The position numbers were made by a program, and so were the translations under genes. A stretch of 64,000 nt of DNA. Source: a candidate division BRC1 bacterium HGW-BRC1-1 (lineage in GTDB: Bacteria; Sumerlaeota; Sumerlaeia; Sumerlaeales; Sumerlaeaceae). The DNA is taken from NCBI GenBank assembly GCA_002842095.1, contig PHCB01000008.1, forward strand, positions 209,231 through 273,230. Direction: 5' to 3'. The notes beneath the pieces were generated by a model. The model searched no databases, was not told the DNA's origin, and saw only the letters and a list, made by a program, of their open reading frames with translations. Below, piece after piece: positions 40,704 to 50,276 of this stretch (the first letter of the stretch is position 1; the number at the start of each line of letters is the position of its first letter).

Positions 40704-41942
40704 TTATAGATTCTTGCCGAGAGTTCCCGGAAGGCTGAACAGTGGCAGATAGAGGGCCACGACGATGACGCCGACGATGGCGCCGAGGAACACGATGAGT
40801 ACCGGTTCAAGAATGGACGTGAGGGCGTTCACCGTGTCGTCCACTTCGCGTTCGTAGGCTTCCGCCACTTTAGCCAACATCTGGTCGATGGCGCCGGTCT
40901 CCTCACCGACGGCGACCATGTGGACGACCAGGGGGGGAAAGACTTTACATTTCGAAAGCGGCTCGTGGATCGTCGCACCGTCCTTCACACTGGCGTAAAC
41001 CGTGTCCATGGCGCGTGTTACCACTTCGTTGCCGCTGGTTTCCCGGACGATGTCGAGGGCCTGCAGGATGGGCACACCTGAGGTAATCAACGTGGCGAGC
41101 GTGCTGGAAAAACGCACGATGGCGGTCTTGCGGAACAGGTCGCCGAAGACCGGCAGTTTAAGTTTCAGGCTGTCGAAGAAGTACTTTCCCTCCTTCGCCG
41201 AGTTAACCTTTTTCAAGACCTGCCATGCCACAACCACGGCAAGGACCACCCAGATCGTGCGGTGAGCCAGGAGGTAACTGAGGTCGATAAGCACCTGGGT
41301 GAGCCAGGGAAGATCAGCGCCAAGCTGGTCGAAAATATCCTTAAACTTCGGAATGATCACGAGCAGAATGAAACTGACGATGCCTAATGCCAGTGTCATG
41401 ACGACAAGGGGGTACATCATGGCGGAGCGGACCTTGCCGATGATGGCCTGGCGCTTTTCGAGGAACTCGGCAACTTTGTTCAAGACGGCTTCAAGGACCC
41501 CGCCCATCTCACCGGCGCGCACCATGTTCACATATAGGCCGTCGAACACCCTGGGGTGCTTTGCGAGGGCCTCGGAAAGCGTTCCACCTCTTTCGATGTC
41601 TGTGGCAATCTGTCGGATTTTTTCTTTGAAGATCGCCGACTCCACCTGCTCTTGCAGAATATGAAGCGCTCGCAAAATGGGCAAGCCGGCATCGATCAGC
41701 GTGGCGAGCTGGCGCGTGAAGGTCATGACGTGTTTCAATTTCACACGGTGAAAGATGACGCGCAAACCGGGGAGGGCCAGCACGTCCACACTGCCCGCCT
41801 TGCGTTTGTTGATCGCAACATTGAGCGGGAAGTAACCCATGTTGCGCAGTTTCTCGACAATGACTTCATCGCTGCTGGCGTCGATTACTCCGCGAACCTG
41901 CTTCCCACCTTTATCGAGGGCTTCGTAGGTATACTCCGGCAT
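40704..41942 (-). CDS. pilC: Type IV pilus inner-membrane platform protein PilC (GspF family), copy 1
   Basis: Same motifs as 38770..40008. Confidence 0.94.
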   Translation of the reverse strand: MPEYTYEALDKGGKQVRGVIDASSDEVIVEKLRNMGYFPLNVAINKRKAGSVDVLALPGLRVIFHRVKLKHVMTFTRQLATLIDAGLPILRALHILQEQVESAIFKEKIRQIATDIERGGTLSEALAKHPRVFDGLYVNMVRAGEMGGVLEAVLNKVAEFLEKRQAIIGKVRSAMMYPLVVMTLALGIVSFILLVIIPKFKDIFDQLGADLPWLTQVLIDLSYLLAHRTIWVVLAVVVAWQVLKKVNSAKEGKYFFDSLKLKLPVFGDLFRKTAIVRFSSTLATLITSGVPILQALDIVRETSGNEVVTRAMDTVYASVKDGATIHEPLSKCKVFPPLVVHMVAVGEETGAIDQMLAKVAEAYEREVDDTVNALTSILEPVLIVFLGAIVGVIVVALYLPLFSLPGTLGKNL

Positions 41943-42144
41943 GGCATCGTAACCTTTCCACGAATCGCACCTGGGGCCGACTGGCCGGATGCAACCCGTT
42001 CAACCGATTTGCGACCATTTTGTACCGTTATATCTGATTGGACGCGCGGGTCGGTCGGGGGGATGACAACATAGAAAATTCTGCGTGGAAATGTGATCGT
42101 TTCTTCAACTTGCAGATTTAGGCGCGAGGCATGTATGCTCGGCA

Positions 42145-43041
42145 TTGATGAAGTCTGTTCATAAAATCCACCTGCCACTGATGGCCATTGCCGCGATGTT
42201 CGTGCTGTCGGCGTGTTCTGAGATGAAACTGGTAAATGCGGGGGCCGTGGAGTCTGAAGAGGACCCGAGGGAAAACATCCACCTCACGGGGATGAAGGCC
42301 GAAGTCACCAGCGGAAGTCTCGTGCAGCATCAGATTGAAAGCAGCACAGCGTCGTTGGTTCTGGGCGTGGCGAATCGGCGTCTGAATGTCGGTACCCTCA
42401 CCGTGGCCAGTTATAACGACAAGGGCAAGCTACAGGGAATTACCGAGGCTGAGTCCGGCGTGGTATATCTTGCGGCGGATGCCAAATTAAAGCGCGCACG
42501 CAGCGACATGGATTTTTCGGGTGGGGTTGAGTACCGGGTGCCCCAGGCCGACGATCCCACAACGAATTCCGTTACGATGGTGACAGAAGAGCTTCGTTGG
42601 GACGGAACTGCCGGCCTTTTTCGCTGCCCTTCCTATTATCAGATGACGATGCAGTCACCAAACAATATGACGTTCGTTGCCGTGGGGGATGGGTTTACCG
42701 CCACCAGAGATCTGCAAAAATGGAACGTTAAGCACGGTGGGATTGGCACTGTTTCGAATCTTGATATGCGTACCGTGAATGCACAGAAGGGTAAGGAAAC
42801 GGTGGAATTGGCGGATAGGCTGGCCGTCGAAGCTGTTCGCGTAAAGGAAGTCACCTCACCCAGCCCGACGGCTCCTGCTGATACAAATGCGGCACCCGAG
42901 GCACCGAAACCAGCGCAGCCAGAACAACCTGGGACAGTCGTAGACACTACGACGGGCAGAAAAAAAGCGGTTATCCCCATGATGAAGCCTCGAGCAACCA
43001 CTGCGCCCATAAGCTCATCCTCCTTTGAAAAACCCGAGTGA
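42145..43041 (+). CDS. LptC-like lipoprotein (LPS export), Pro/Ala-rich tail
   Basis: Lipobox-like LSAC, beta-jellyroll pattern (DFSGGVEY, MVTEELRWD, GDGFTA), upstream of an LptA-like gene. Confidence 0.6.
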   Translation: MMKSVHKIHLPLMAIAAMFVLSACSEMKLVNAGAVESEEDPRENIHLTGMKAEVTSGSLVQHQIESSTASLVLGVANRRLNVGTLTVASYNDKGKLQGITEAESGVVYLAADAKLKRARSDMDFSGGVEYRVPQADDPTTNSVTMVTEELRWDGTAGLFRCPSYYQMTMQSPNNMTFVAVGDGFTATRDLQKWNVKHGGIGTVSNLDMRTVNAQKGKETVELADRLAVEAVRVKEVTSPSPTAPADTNAAPEAPKPAQPEQPGTVVDTTTGRKKAVIPMMKPRATTAPISSSSFEKPE

Positions 43042-43273
43042 TCTTTTCAGCATAAGCCGAGCGGTTTCGGGTGGGAGTATCACAGTGGACGTGGTAGATG
43101 GAAAGCCTCAGGTGAAAATCTCTTCCCCCGAAGGGGAAATACGCACCGGTTCACGCAAAGGTGGGATGAGGGCCTCCAGTGCCGGTCGAGGAAGAGAGGC
43201 TGTTTCGCCAGTTTCGACACCCCTCGATAGTACTGCGCCAAGCGGTTCATCTCCTTCTGAAAAATCGGAGTAA
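43025..43273 (+). pseudogene. Fragment homologous to the C-terminal part of the LptA-like gene, overlapping the lptC-like stop in the +1 frame
   Basis: VSGGSITVDVVDGKPQVKISSPEGEIRTGSRKGGMRAS versus LptA-like VSGGRITVDVVDGKPQVKISAPDGNVRPGMRSGGMKAA. Confidence 0.6.
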
Positions 43274-43414
43274 TTTTTTTCAGTCGAAGTTGAGCGGTTT
43301 GGTCTTGATGGTCGGCGTCATTCGTGAGTTTATCCTCGTCGCAGACGTATTTTTTACGATCGGTCGAGGGCTTGTGAATGGCCCCGACGTACTGAAACAG
43401 GAGTGCTTCTCATA

Positions 43415-44188
43415 ATGCGCGTTGAAATGTTCTCGTTGATGGCGGCCCTGCTGGTCGCCAGTGCCATCCCTTCCGCCACAGCGCAGGAAACGGCAGCACC
43501 CGCTCCCGCCACCTCGGGCAAGAGCAAAGTCCAAATGCCCGACATCGCTGAGAATCGCAAACCCGACGAGGGTGAGCAAACTGGCCTGATGTCCGGCGGC
43601 AAACCTTTCGCTCTCTCCACCGATCCCGAGGGGGAGTTGATTTATAATATGGATCCGGACACGGGTAGTTTGGATTCGGTAACTGCGAAAAAAGGGGTCG
43701 TGTTCACCAGCGAGGATATGACGCTCAACGCGGACCAGATGGATTACAAAGGCAGCACTTCGGAGCTTGTGGCATCGGGCAAGCGTGTCGTTGTTCGCCA
43801 GGGTGACATGGTGCTCACTTGTCAGCTTTTCAAATATTTCCCAGAGACCCAGAAGAGCGAGTTTACGGGAAATCCCATTCTCTACAACAAAACCAAGGAC
43901 GGCGAAGTCCAGATGGTTTCGGGTGGACGCATCACAGTGGATGTTGTTGACGGCAAACCCCAGGTGAAAATATCAGCTCCTGACGGAAACGTGCGTCCCG
44001 GTATGCGCAGTGGTGGAATGAAGGCTGCCGATACGGTGTCTGGCCCTGTGTCGTCTCAGGAAAAAGCTCGTGTCTTCAGCACGCAGGGTGGCACGCCACC
44101 TCCTGCCACGGCAGAGAAACCCAGCGAAGAAAAATCCACCCCTTTGTTGGGAATTCCCCAAATCAATATGAGTGGCAAACAGGAATAG
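43415..44188 (+). CDS. LptA/OstA-family periplasmic protein
   Basis: Signal peptide; GVVFTSEDMTLNADQMDY, VVRQGDMVLTC, FTGNPIL jellyroll repeats. Confidence 0.7.
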   Translation: MRVEMFSLMAALLVASAIPSATAQETAAPAPATSGKSKVQMPDIAENRKPDEGEQTGLMSGGKPFALSTDPEGELIYNMDPDTGSLDSVTAKKGVVFTSEDMTLNADQMDYKGSTSELVASGKRVVVRQGDMVLTCQLFKYFPETQKSEFTGNPILYNKTKDGEVQMVSGGRITVDVVDGKPQVKISAPDGNVRPGMRSGGMKAADTVSGPVSSQEKARVFSTQGGTPPPATAEKPSEEKSTPLLGIPQINMSGKQE

Positions 44189-44313
44189 CCGTTTGAGATG
44201 ATTTTCCTTTCCTGAGCATCACAAGTGCATGGAATGCTCGGGGGGGCGTAGAAAGCTATTGTCTCAATAGCTTCCTGTTTTTCATTCTCCCATCATCCAA
44301 GGGGATTATTTCA

Positions 44314-45288
44314 GTGCGTTGTTTAGTAACCGGAGCCGCTGGTTTTATCGGCTCCACCCTGAGTGAACGACTATTAAACGATGGTCATGACGTTGTGGGT
44401 GTGGACTGTTTTGTCCCTTATTATCCCCGCGTTTTGAAAGATTCAAACCTCCAAGGACCCCTTGGCCATGAGCGGTTTCAATTTCTTGAAGCCGACCTCA
44501 ATACAATCTTCGATTCCGATGCGATCCCATATGCAGGGATCCTCGACGGCATTGATGTCGTTTTCCATCAGGCTGCCCAGGCCGGCGTACGGGCGAGTTG
44601 GGGCGCTGACTTCGCAATTTATACGCACAACAATATTCTCGCTACGCAGAAGTTGCTCGAGGCTTGCAGGAAGTACCCTGATATTCGCGTTGTCTACGCG
44701 TCCTCTTCCTCTGTTTATGGCGAGACACCCAAATTCCCCATGCACGAGGATGACCTTCCACGACCGGTTTCTCCCTACGGCGTGAGCAAATTAGCCGCCG
44801 AGCATCTCATGCGACTCTATTTTGCCAATTTTGGGGTAAAGACCGTTTCGCTGCGTTACTTCACTGTGTACGGTCCTCGCCAACGCCCGGACATGGCATT
44901 CCATCGTCTGTGTGCCTCCATTCTCCAGGGCACCCAATACCGGATGTTCGGCACGGGAGAACAAACGCGGGACTTTACCTATGTGGATGACATTGTTCTG
45001 GCGAACATAGCCGCTGCAGAGCGGGGGCAACTTGGGGCGGTCTATAATATCGGCGGTGGTTCACGCATATCGATGAATGATGTCATCGCCAAACTCGAAG
45101 GCATCGCAGGCCGCAAAGGTAACATCACCTACGAAGGTCGCGAAAACGGCGATGTAACCCACACGGGCGCAGACACCACCTCTGCCCGCAAGGAACTGGG
45201 CTTCACGCCTCGGGTGGATTTGAATGAAGGACTCGCGAAGGAACTCGCTTATATCGAGCAGGTAGTGCTTCCTCTTAAGCTCAACTAA
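44314..45288 (+). CDS. NAD-dependent nucleotide-sugar epimerase (UDP-glucuronate/UDP-glucose 4-epimerase-like)
   Basis: TGAAGFIG, HQAAQAGVR, ASSSSVYG, YGVSK, LRYFTVYGPRQRPDMA. Confidence 0.92.
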   Translation: MRCLVTGAAGFIGSTLSERLLNDGHDVVGVDCFVPYYPRVLKDSNLQGPLGHERFQFLEADLNTIFDSDAIPYAGILDGIDVVFHQAAQAGVRASWGADFAIYTHNNILATQKLLEACRKYPDIRVVYASSSSVYGETPKFPMHEDDLPRPVSPYGVSKLAAEHLMRLYFANFGVKTVSLRYFTVYGPRQRPDMAFHRLCASILQGTQYRMFGTGEQTRDFTYVDDIVLANIAAAERGQLGAVYNIGGGSRISMNDVIAKLEGIAGRKGNITYEGRENGDVTHTGADTTSARKELGFTPRVDLNEGLAKELAYIEQVVLPLKLN

Positions 45289-45316
45289 CGAACATTCGAT
45301 CTTTGGCACCGGGACG

Positions 45317-45721
45317 ATGAACGACAGCATTACGCAGATATTTGGCATCCTTATGACTGCCGCGGCAGGCGTTTTGGCCATTTGGGAGTACAGGGCCTGG
45401 CGCGGCTACTATGGAGACAACTTTCTCCTCACCCGCCGCCGGCTACGCAGACGCCTGCTTATAGCCGGAGTCCTTGCCGGCTTTGGCGTGTTGCTGGGGT
45501 TGGAAGGCACCGGGGTTATTCCCATCCGAGACCCCCGTTTGTTTCTGGCTTATGCGGCCAGCATGTTGCTTCTGTCCGTTGTTCTCTTGATCCTCGCCGG
45601 AGCAGATTTTGTGGATACCGTAAAACATGCCTCCACGGAATCATTGCGCGAACTGGAACGTTCCCTCCAACCACCGACAGATGATGAATCGCCATCGGCT
45701 GATAATGAAACGTCTCACTGA
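45317..45721 (+). CDS. Small membrane protein (3 TM)
   Basis: Three hydrophobic segments with an Arg-rich loop; operon position. Confidence 0.65.
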   Translation: MNDSITQIFGILMTAAAGVLAIWEYRAWRGYYGDNFLLTRRRLRRRLLIAGVLAGFGVLLGLEGTGVIPIRDPRLFLAYAASMLLLSVVLLILAGADFVDTVKHASTESLRELERSLQPPTDDESPSADNETSH

Positions 45722-45730
45722 ACCGCTGCG

Positions 45731-47113
45731 ATGAGACATCTGAGTTTCAGAGCCAAAGTCTGGCTATGGTTCACCGCCTCGGTGCTGATCTTTGTTTTCA
45801 GCATTTACGCGGCCGGCAGCCTCTATGTGGACCATCTCCAAAAGCGGAATGTGAGTGCCGTTGTCGAACTCGCGCGGGAACAGGCTCGCCAACTCCGGAG
45901 AGATCTGATCGAGTTGTTGGTGGCGCAACCGGCCGGATCGGAAATGAGCAGCGCCGCTTTTCGCGCTGATGCCCGCCGGGTGACCAGCGTCGCGATTCGT
46001 CTCAATCAGAACATCGAATGGGCAATGATCGTAGACGCTGAAGGGAACAAGATCGTTCAAACGACCCGAGACGGCGATATGGTTCTCCAGCCCATGCAGA
46101 GCGATAAGGAAGCTATCGAACTTCCACTGCCCGATGGCGGTATGGGCGAGGTGCTTGTTGAAAGCCGGGATGGCGCGCCCACGGAGGTTCGGGAGCCGCT
46201 ATCGAAGGAAGGGCACAAGCTGGGAGAGATTCGCTTCAAGCTTGCTGACAGCAGCACTTATCGTGGCATTCAGGAGACCAGCCACCAGATTTCCCAGGCG
46301 CTGCTGGCCGGAGCCCTCGGTTTTCTCGCGTTCGTGATACTTCTGTTTGCCGTGCTCTGGCGGCTGTTTGCCCGGCAGATTGAATTGACCCGGCAAAATG
46401 CGGATCTGGACCGCATGGCCTACGTAGGAACTCTCGCCTCGGGTCTGGCCCATGAAATTCGTAACCCGCTCAGTGCCATGAATGTGAACCTGGACGTGAT
46501 GCAGGAGGATCTGGAAGCAATCGAAAATGATCCCCAGGCTGTTGCCCACGCCAACAAGCTGGCCGGCCGGTTGCAGACTGAGGTTCGCCAACTCAACTCG
46601 ACCCTGACAAGTTTCCTCGACTTCGCATTGCCTCAGCGTGAAAGCTTTACTTTCTTCAGCTTGCGAGGATTGGTGGATGAGTTACTTGAACTACATGAGC
46701 CGCAATTGCAACAGGCTGGAATCACTGTGGAGGTCTCCGGTATGGACCGCCCCGCGAGCGCCATGGAGGGAGACCGAAGGCTTATCCATCAGGCGTTACG
46801 CCATTTAATTGTGAACGCTGTGCAGGTTCTTGCGGAATCTCTTCCCAAGCAATTACGTGTGCGAATCGAACCCGGCCAACAGCGGGGGATGATTCGGGTT
46901 GCGATTACCGATAGCGGTCCAGGAATCGACCCGGCGGATCTGGATAAACTGTTTGATGCATTCTTCACGCGACGCAAAGGCGGATCGGGCCTCGGGTTGG
47001 CAGTAACCCGCAAGGTTGTGATGGAGCATGGTGGCTCGATTCATGCTGAAAACAACTCCGAAGTGCGAGGCGCCACATTCGTGATTGAACTGCCGGTTAA
47101 ACAAACTGTCTGA
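45731..47113 (+). CDS. Membrane sensor histidine kinase
   Basis: Two TMs, LAHEIRNPL H-box, DSGPGI, GSGLGL. Confidence 0.92.
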   Translation: MRHLSFRAKVWLWFTASVLIFVFSIYAAGSLYVDHLQKRNVSAVVELAREQARQLRRDLIELLVAQPAGSEMSSAAFRADARRVTSVAIRLNQNIEWAMIVDAEGNKIVQTTRDGDMVLQPMQSDKEAIELPLPDGGMGEVLVESRDGAPTEVREPLSKEGHKLGEIRFKLADSSTYRGIQETSHQISQALLAGALGFLAFVILLFAVLWRLFARQIELTRQNADLDRMAYVGTLASGLAHEIRNPLSAMNVNLDVMQEDLEAIENDPQAVAHANKLAGRLQTEVRQLNSTLTSFLDFALPQRESFTFFSLRGLVDELLELHEPQLQQAGITVEVSGMDRPASAMEGDRRLIHQALRHLIVNAVQVLAESLPKQLRVRIEPGQQRGMIRVAITDSGPGIDPADLDKLFDAFFTRRKGGSGLGLAVTRKVVMEHGGSIHAENNSEVRGATFVIELPVKQTV

Positions 47114-47189
47114 TGAACGTGCAGATGAGTATTTTTATGGTTCGGTTTCGAGGGCAAATTCTGCACAGCGCTAAAAGCGGATTGGAAAA

Positions 47190-48536
47190 ATGACCCAAAC
47201 TTTGATGCTTGTGGATGACAACGAGGAAGGTCTTGCCAGCCTTCAGATCGGCTTTTCGCGCTCAGGTTACGAGGTGATTGCTGCCCATGGTGGTGGGGAA
47301 GCGATTAAAATCCTCGAAGAGCGGGAGGTTGACGCGGTCGTAACCGACCTGCGCATGCCCGATGTGGATGGGATGCAGGTCCTGGCAGCGGCCATGGCGC
47401 GCCAACCGTCACCACCGGTGATCATCATAACCGCCTTTGGCACGGTGGAATCCGCTGTTGAAGCTCTTCAGATTGGCGCGTTCACTTATCTCACCAAACC
47501 GCTCAATATCAAAGAGTTGCGCGCCCAGGTTGCCAAGGCCATGGAAATGCAGGCCTTGCGTCGGGAGAATCTTGAGCTACGGCGCGAGATTAACAGTCGT
47601 TACGGGTTTGAGGATCTGCTGGGTGATACCAAGGAGATGCGCGATCTTATCCATCGCATCCGAGTGATAGCCGATACCCGCGCCACGGTGTTGATTGAAG
47701 GCGAAAGCGGCACCGGCAAAGAACTCGTCGCGCGTGCAATCCACAAGAATTCGGGCCGAGCGCGCAAACCTTTTGTCCCGATCCATTGCGCTGCTCTGAG
47801 CGAAAGCCTGATCGAAAGCGAGCTCTTTGGTCATGAGAAGGGTGCCTTCACGGGTGCCCTTGCCAAACGGCAGGGGTTGTTCGAAATGGCGCACGGCGGA
47901 ACAGTCTTCCTCGATGAGGTGGGCGAGGTGCCCCTGGCTACACAGGTTAAACTTCTGCGGGTTCTTGAAGCGCGGGAGTTTTTACGGGTGGGAGGAACCG
48001 AACCCGTTCAGGTTGATGTGCGGGTTCTCACGGCCACTAATCGGGTTCTTCTGGAGGAAGTGGAGGAGGGGCGGTTCCGAGAGGATTTGTACTACCGCCT
48101 GAATGTCGTGCGTGTAAACATTCCCCCTCTGCGTGCGCGAGCCGCTGACATTCCGATGCTTATCGACCATTTCCTCGACCAATTTTCGAAGGAGCATGGC
48201 AAGGCTGATGTTCGTTTGACGAAGCGCGCATTGAACCGCTTGATGCAATTCCCGTGGCCGGGCAACGTCAGGCAATTGCGTAATGTTATCGAGAATCTGG
48301 TCCTTTTCTCGGACGGCCATGAGGTGGATGTGGACGATCTCTCACCGGAAATCCTGAGCGATTCCACGAAAGAAATTACTTTCCAGGTGGGCACACCGCT
48401 CGACCATGTGGAACGAAAACTGATTGAACGCACCTTGCTCCATGCAAACAGCAATCGGACCCATGCGGCAGAGCTCTTGGGAATATCGAGACGGACGCTG
48501 CTGCGAAAGATTAAAGAATTGAGCCTTGAAGGATAG
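47190..48536 (+). CDS. Sigma54-dependent response regulator (NtrC family)
   Basis: Receiver domain, [29 protein letters not shown], Fis HTH. Confidence 0.95.
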   Translation: MTQTLMLVDDNEEGLASLQIGFSRSGYEVIAAHGGGEAIKILEEREVDAVVTDLRMPDVDGMQVLAAAMARQPSPPVIIITAFGTVESAVEALQIGAFTYLTKPLNIKELRAQVAKAMEMQALRRENLELRREINSRYGFEDLLGDTKEMRDLIHRIRVIADTRATVLIEGESGTGKELVARAIHKNSGRARKPFVPIHCAALSESLIESELFGHEKGAFTGALAKRQGLFEMAHGGTVFLDEVGEVPLATQVKLLRVLEAREFLRVGGTEPVQVDVRVLTATNRVLLEEVEEGRFREDLYYRLNVVRVNIPPLRARAADIPMLIDHFLDQFSKEHGKADVRLTKRALNRLMQFPWPGNVRQLRNVIENLVLFSDGHEVDVDDLSPEILSDSTKEITFQVGTPLDHVERKLIERTLLHANSNRTHAAELLGISRRTLLRKIKELSLEG

Positions 48537-50258
48537 TTACAGTGGCTTGCCCGTGAGCTTTTCAACCAAGCCGCGAATCTCCTGCTGCTGTTGAAGATTT
48601 TCGGGTTCCATGGCTGGAGGGGGAGCGGTGACAGAAGCGGACTTGGATTGCAGTGATGCCTCAGCTTTTCGACGCATTTCTGAGGCTCGCTTCGAAATCG
48701 CAGAGCCTGCATAATCCACCTGGATCCGCGTCAGAATCGGCAAGGCCTCCTCATTTCTTCCCTGCAAAACCAAGCGCTCTGCATTTTGCAGCAGAGCTAC
48801 GCCACGGTCGCCCTTCAGTTCCTTCCCTCGTTTGAGGGCGTATCGGCTTAGTTCGAGGAGGCTGCCGGCCTCGGTGTAGTATGGACCTTTTGTGGTCCGC
48901 TTACGGAAATCATCGGCTCTGCGAATGACTTCGGGGTACTGTGCATTCTGGTAGAGAACCGCGATTTCTTCAAGTTCGGATTTCTGTTCTGATGCTTGTA
49001 GAAGTTCGATTTGTAACTCGGCGTTTTCCTTCAAGGTTGGAGAAATCCGGGCAGCTTGGAACTCGATTAATGGTTCATCGTGCAAGCCCATCTCTATTCC
49101 CCAGACCGCCAACTGGTACCGGGCCAGCAAATCTGAGTCGGATATAGCAGCCCGTCTTCGGGCAAATTCCACTCGATGAAGTTCCGTTGCCCCGGCATCG
49201 GCCTGAAGCAGGGAGAGTCGGTCCGCGGCCTTCTTTGCCTGATCGTATCGCTCTGTCGAAATAAGGATGGCGATCGTTTCCTGCATGAGCCCAACCCGGC
49301 CGGAAATCGGAGCGGAGGTTTCTAAAAAAGAATGGGCGACCGAATCAGCCGTGGGTGCAAGCGCGGAGGGAGAAAGCGTGGTGGTCGCTTCCCGAAGGAT
49401 TTTTCGTGTGCTGTCCAGGGCAATGCCGGGTGCAAGAGGTGCCAGAGAACCGGAAAGTAGCTGAAGAGCTTCTTCAAACCGCCCTGAGGTAGCAAGCCGT
49501 TCAGCCTCCGCGAGTTCAAACTGAACCCGGTTGGATCGTGTGCCTTCCGTTGGAACCACGTTGCTTAACAAACGGACTGCTTTCAGAGCCTCATCGTTAC
49601 GACCCAGCGCGAGGAATTCCTTAATGGATTGCTCGACAACAGGTTGAACGGTTTTCGCCTGAGACGGGTTCTTCCTCCAGTAGACCGGTTCAACTTTCAG
49701 AAGGTCATCGACGAACCCAGTCCAATCTGAGCGTTGCGCACGTACACGTCCGAGCGTGACAAGCAACTCTGACGGGGGAGAAGTGGGCCTGTCTGAAATG
49801 GAGTTTTCGAATGCGGTCATGTCGGAAGCACTCATGGAACCTGCATTTTTAACGATGCCCTCTCCGTGAGACTTCAGGAAGTCGTCGATCGCTTTCTGGC
49901 GCGATTGAGGTTCGCTATTAGCGGATTCGATGGAGGCCAGAGCACTTCCCAGCCCGCCCTTTCCGATGGCCAATTCGGACCTGGCTCGGGCATTGGCGCG
50001 ATTGGAATATTTTTCAACCCGCAGGACATTTCCAAGGGGAAAGCTGACAACTCCCGACGGGGTTTCTACGCGCACCATACCCGGACGAGACTCATCTACA
50101 ACCCCTTCAACGGTCCGGCCATTACGCAGGAAAACCTGATCTGCCCAACATGCGGGGCAGACAAAGGTGACTAATAGAAGTAGTGGCGGTGTCGTCCACC
50201 GACATCGGCGATTGCTGGACATATGGTCTATCCACCACGCCAGCCTGGGCTGCGTCAA
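48537..50258 (-). CDS. Secreted helical-repeat (TPR-like) hypothetical protein
   Basis: Signal region followed by DQVFLRNGRTVEG beta-hairpin domain and helical repeats; start uncertain. Confidence 0.6.
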   Translation of the reverse strand: MTQPRLAWWIDHMSSNRRCRWTTPPLLLLVTFVCPACWADQVFLRNGRTVEGVVDESRPGMVRVETPSGVVSFPLGNVLRVEKYSNRANARARSELAIGKGGLGSALASIESANSEPQSRQKAIDDFLKSHGEGIVKNAGSMSASDMTAFENSISDRPTSPPSELLVTLGRVRAQRSDWTGFVDDLLKVEPVYWRKNPSQAKTVQPVVEQSIKEFLALGRNDEALKAVRLLSNVVPTEGTRSNRVQFELAEAERLATSGRFEEALQLLSGSLAPLAPGIALDSTRKILREATTTLSPSALAPTADSVAHSFLETSAPISGRVGLMQETIAILISTERYDQAKKAADRLSLLQADAGATELHRVEFARRRAAISDSDLLARYQLAVWGIEMGLHDEPLIEFQAARISPTLKENAELQIELLQASEQKSELEEIAVLYQNAQYPEVIRRADDFRKRTTKGPYYTEAGSLLELSRYALKRGKELKGDRGVALLQNAERLVLQGRNEEALPILTRIQVDYAGSAISKRASEMRRKAEASLQSKSASVTAPPPAMEPENLQQQQEIRGLVEKLTGKPL

Positions 50259-50276
50259 TCGCAGTGAATCAATAAA

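Larger units (their letters stand above)
38670..42068. repeat. Tandem duplication of the pilC unit with its flanks (about 38670-40135 and 40602-42068)
   Basis: Both CDSs are 412 aa with about 35 differences counted by eye; the downstream hairpin and about 125 nt of upstream leader are also homologous. Confidence 0.9.
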
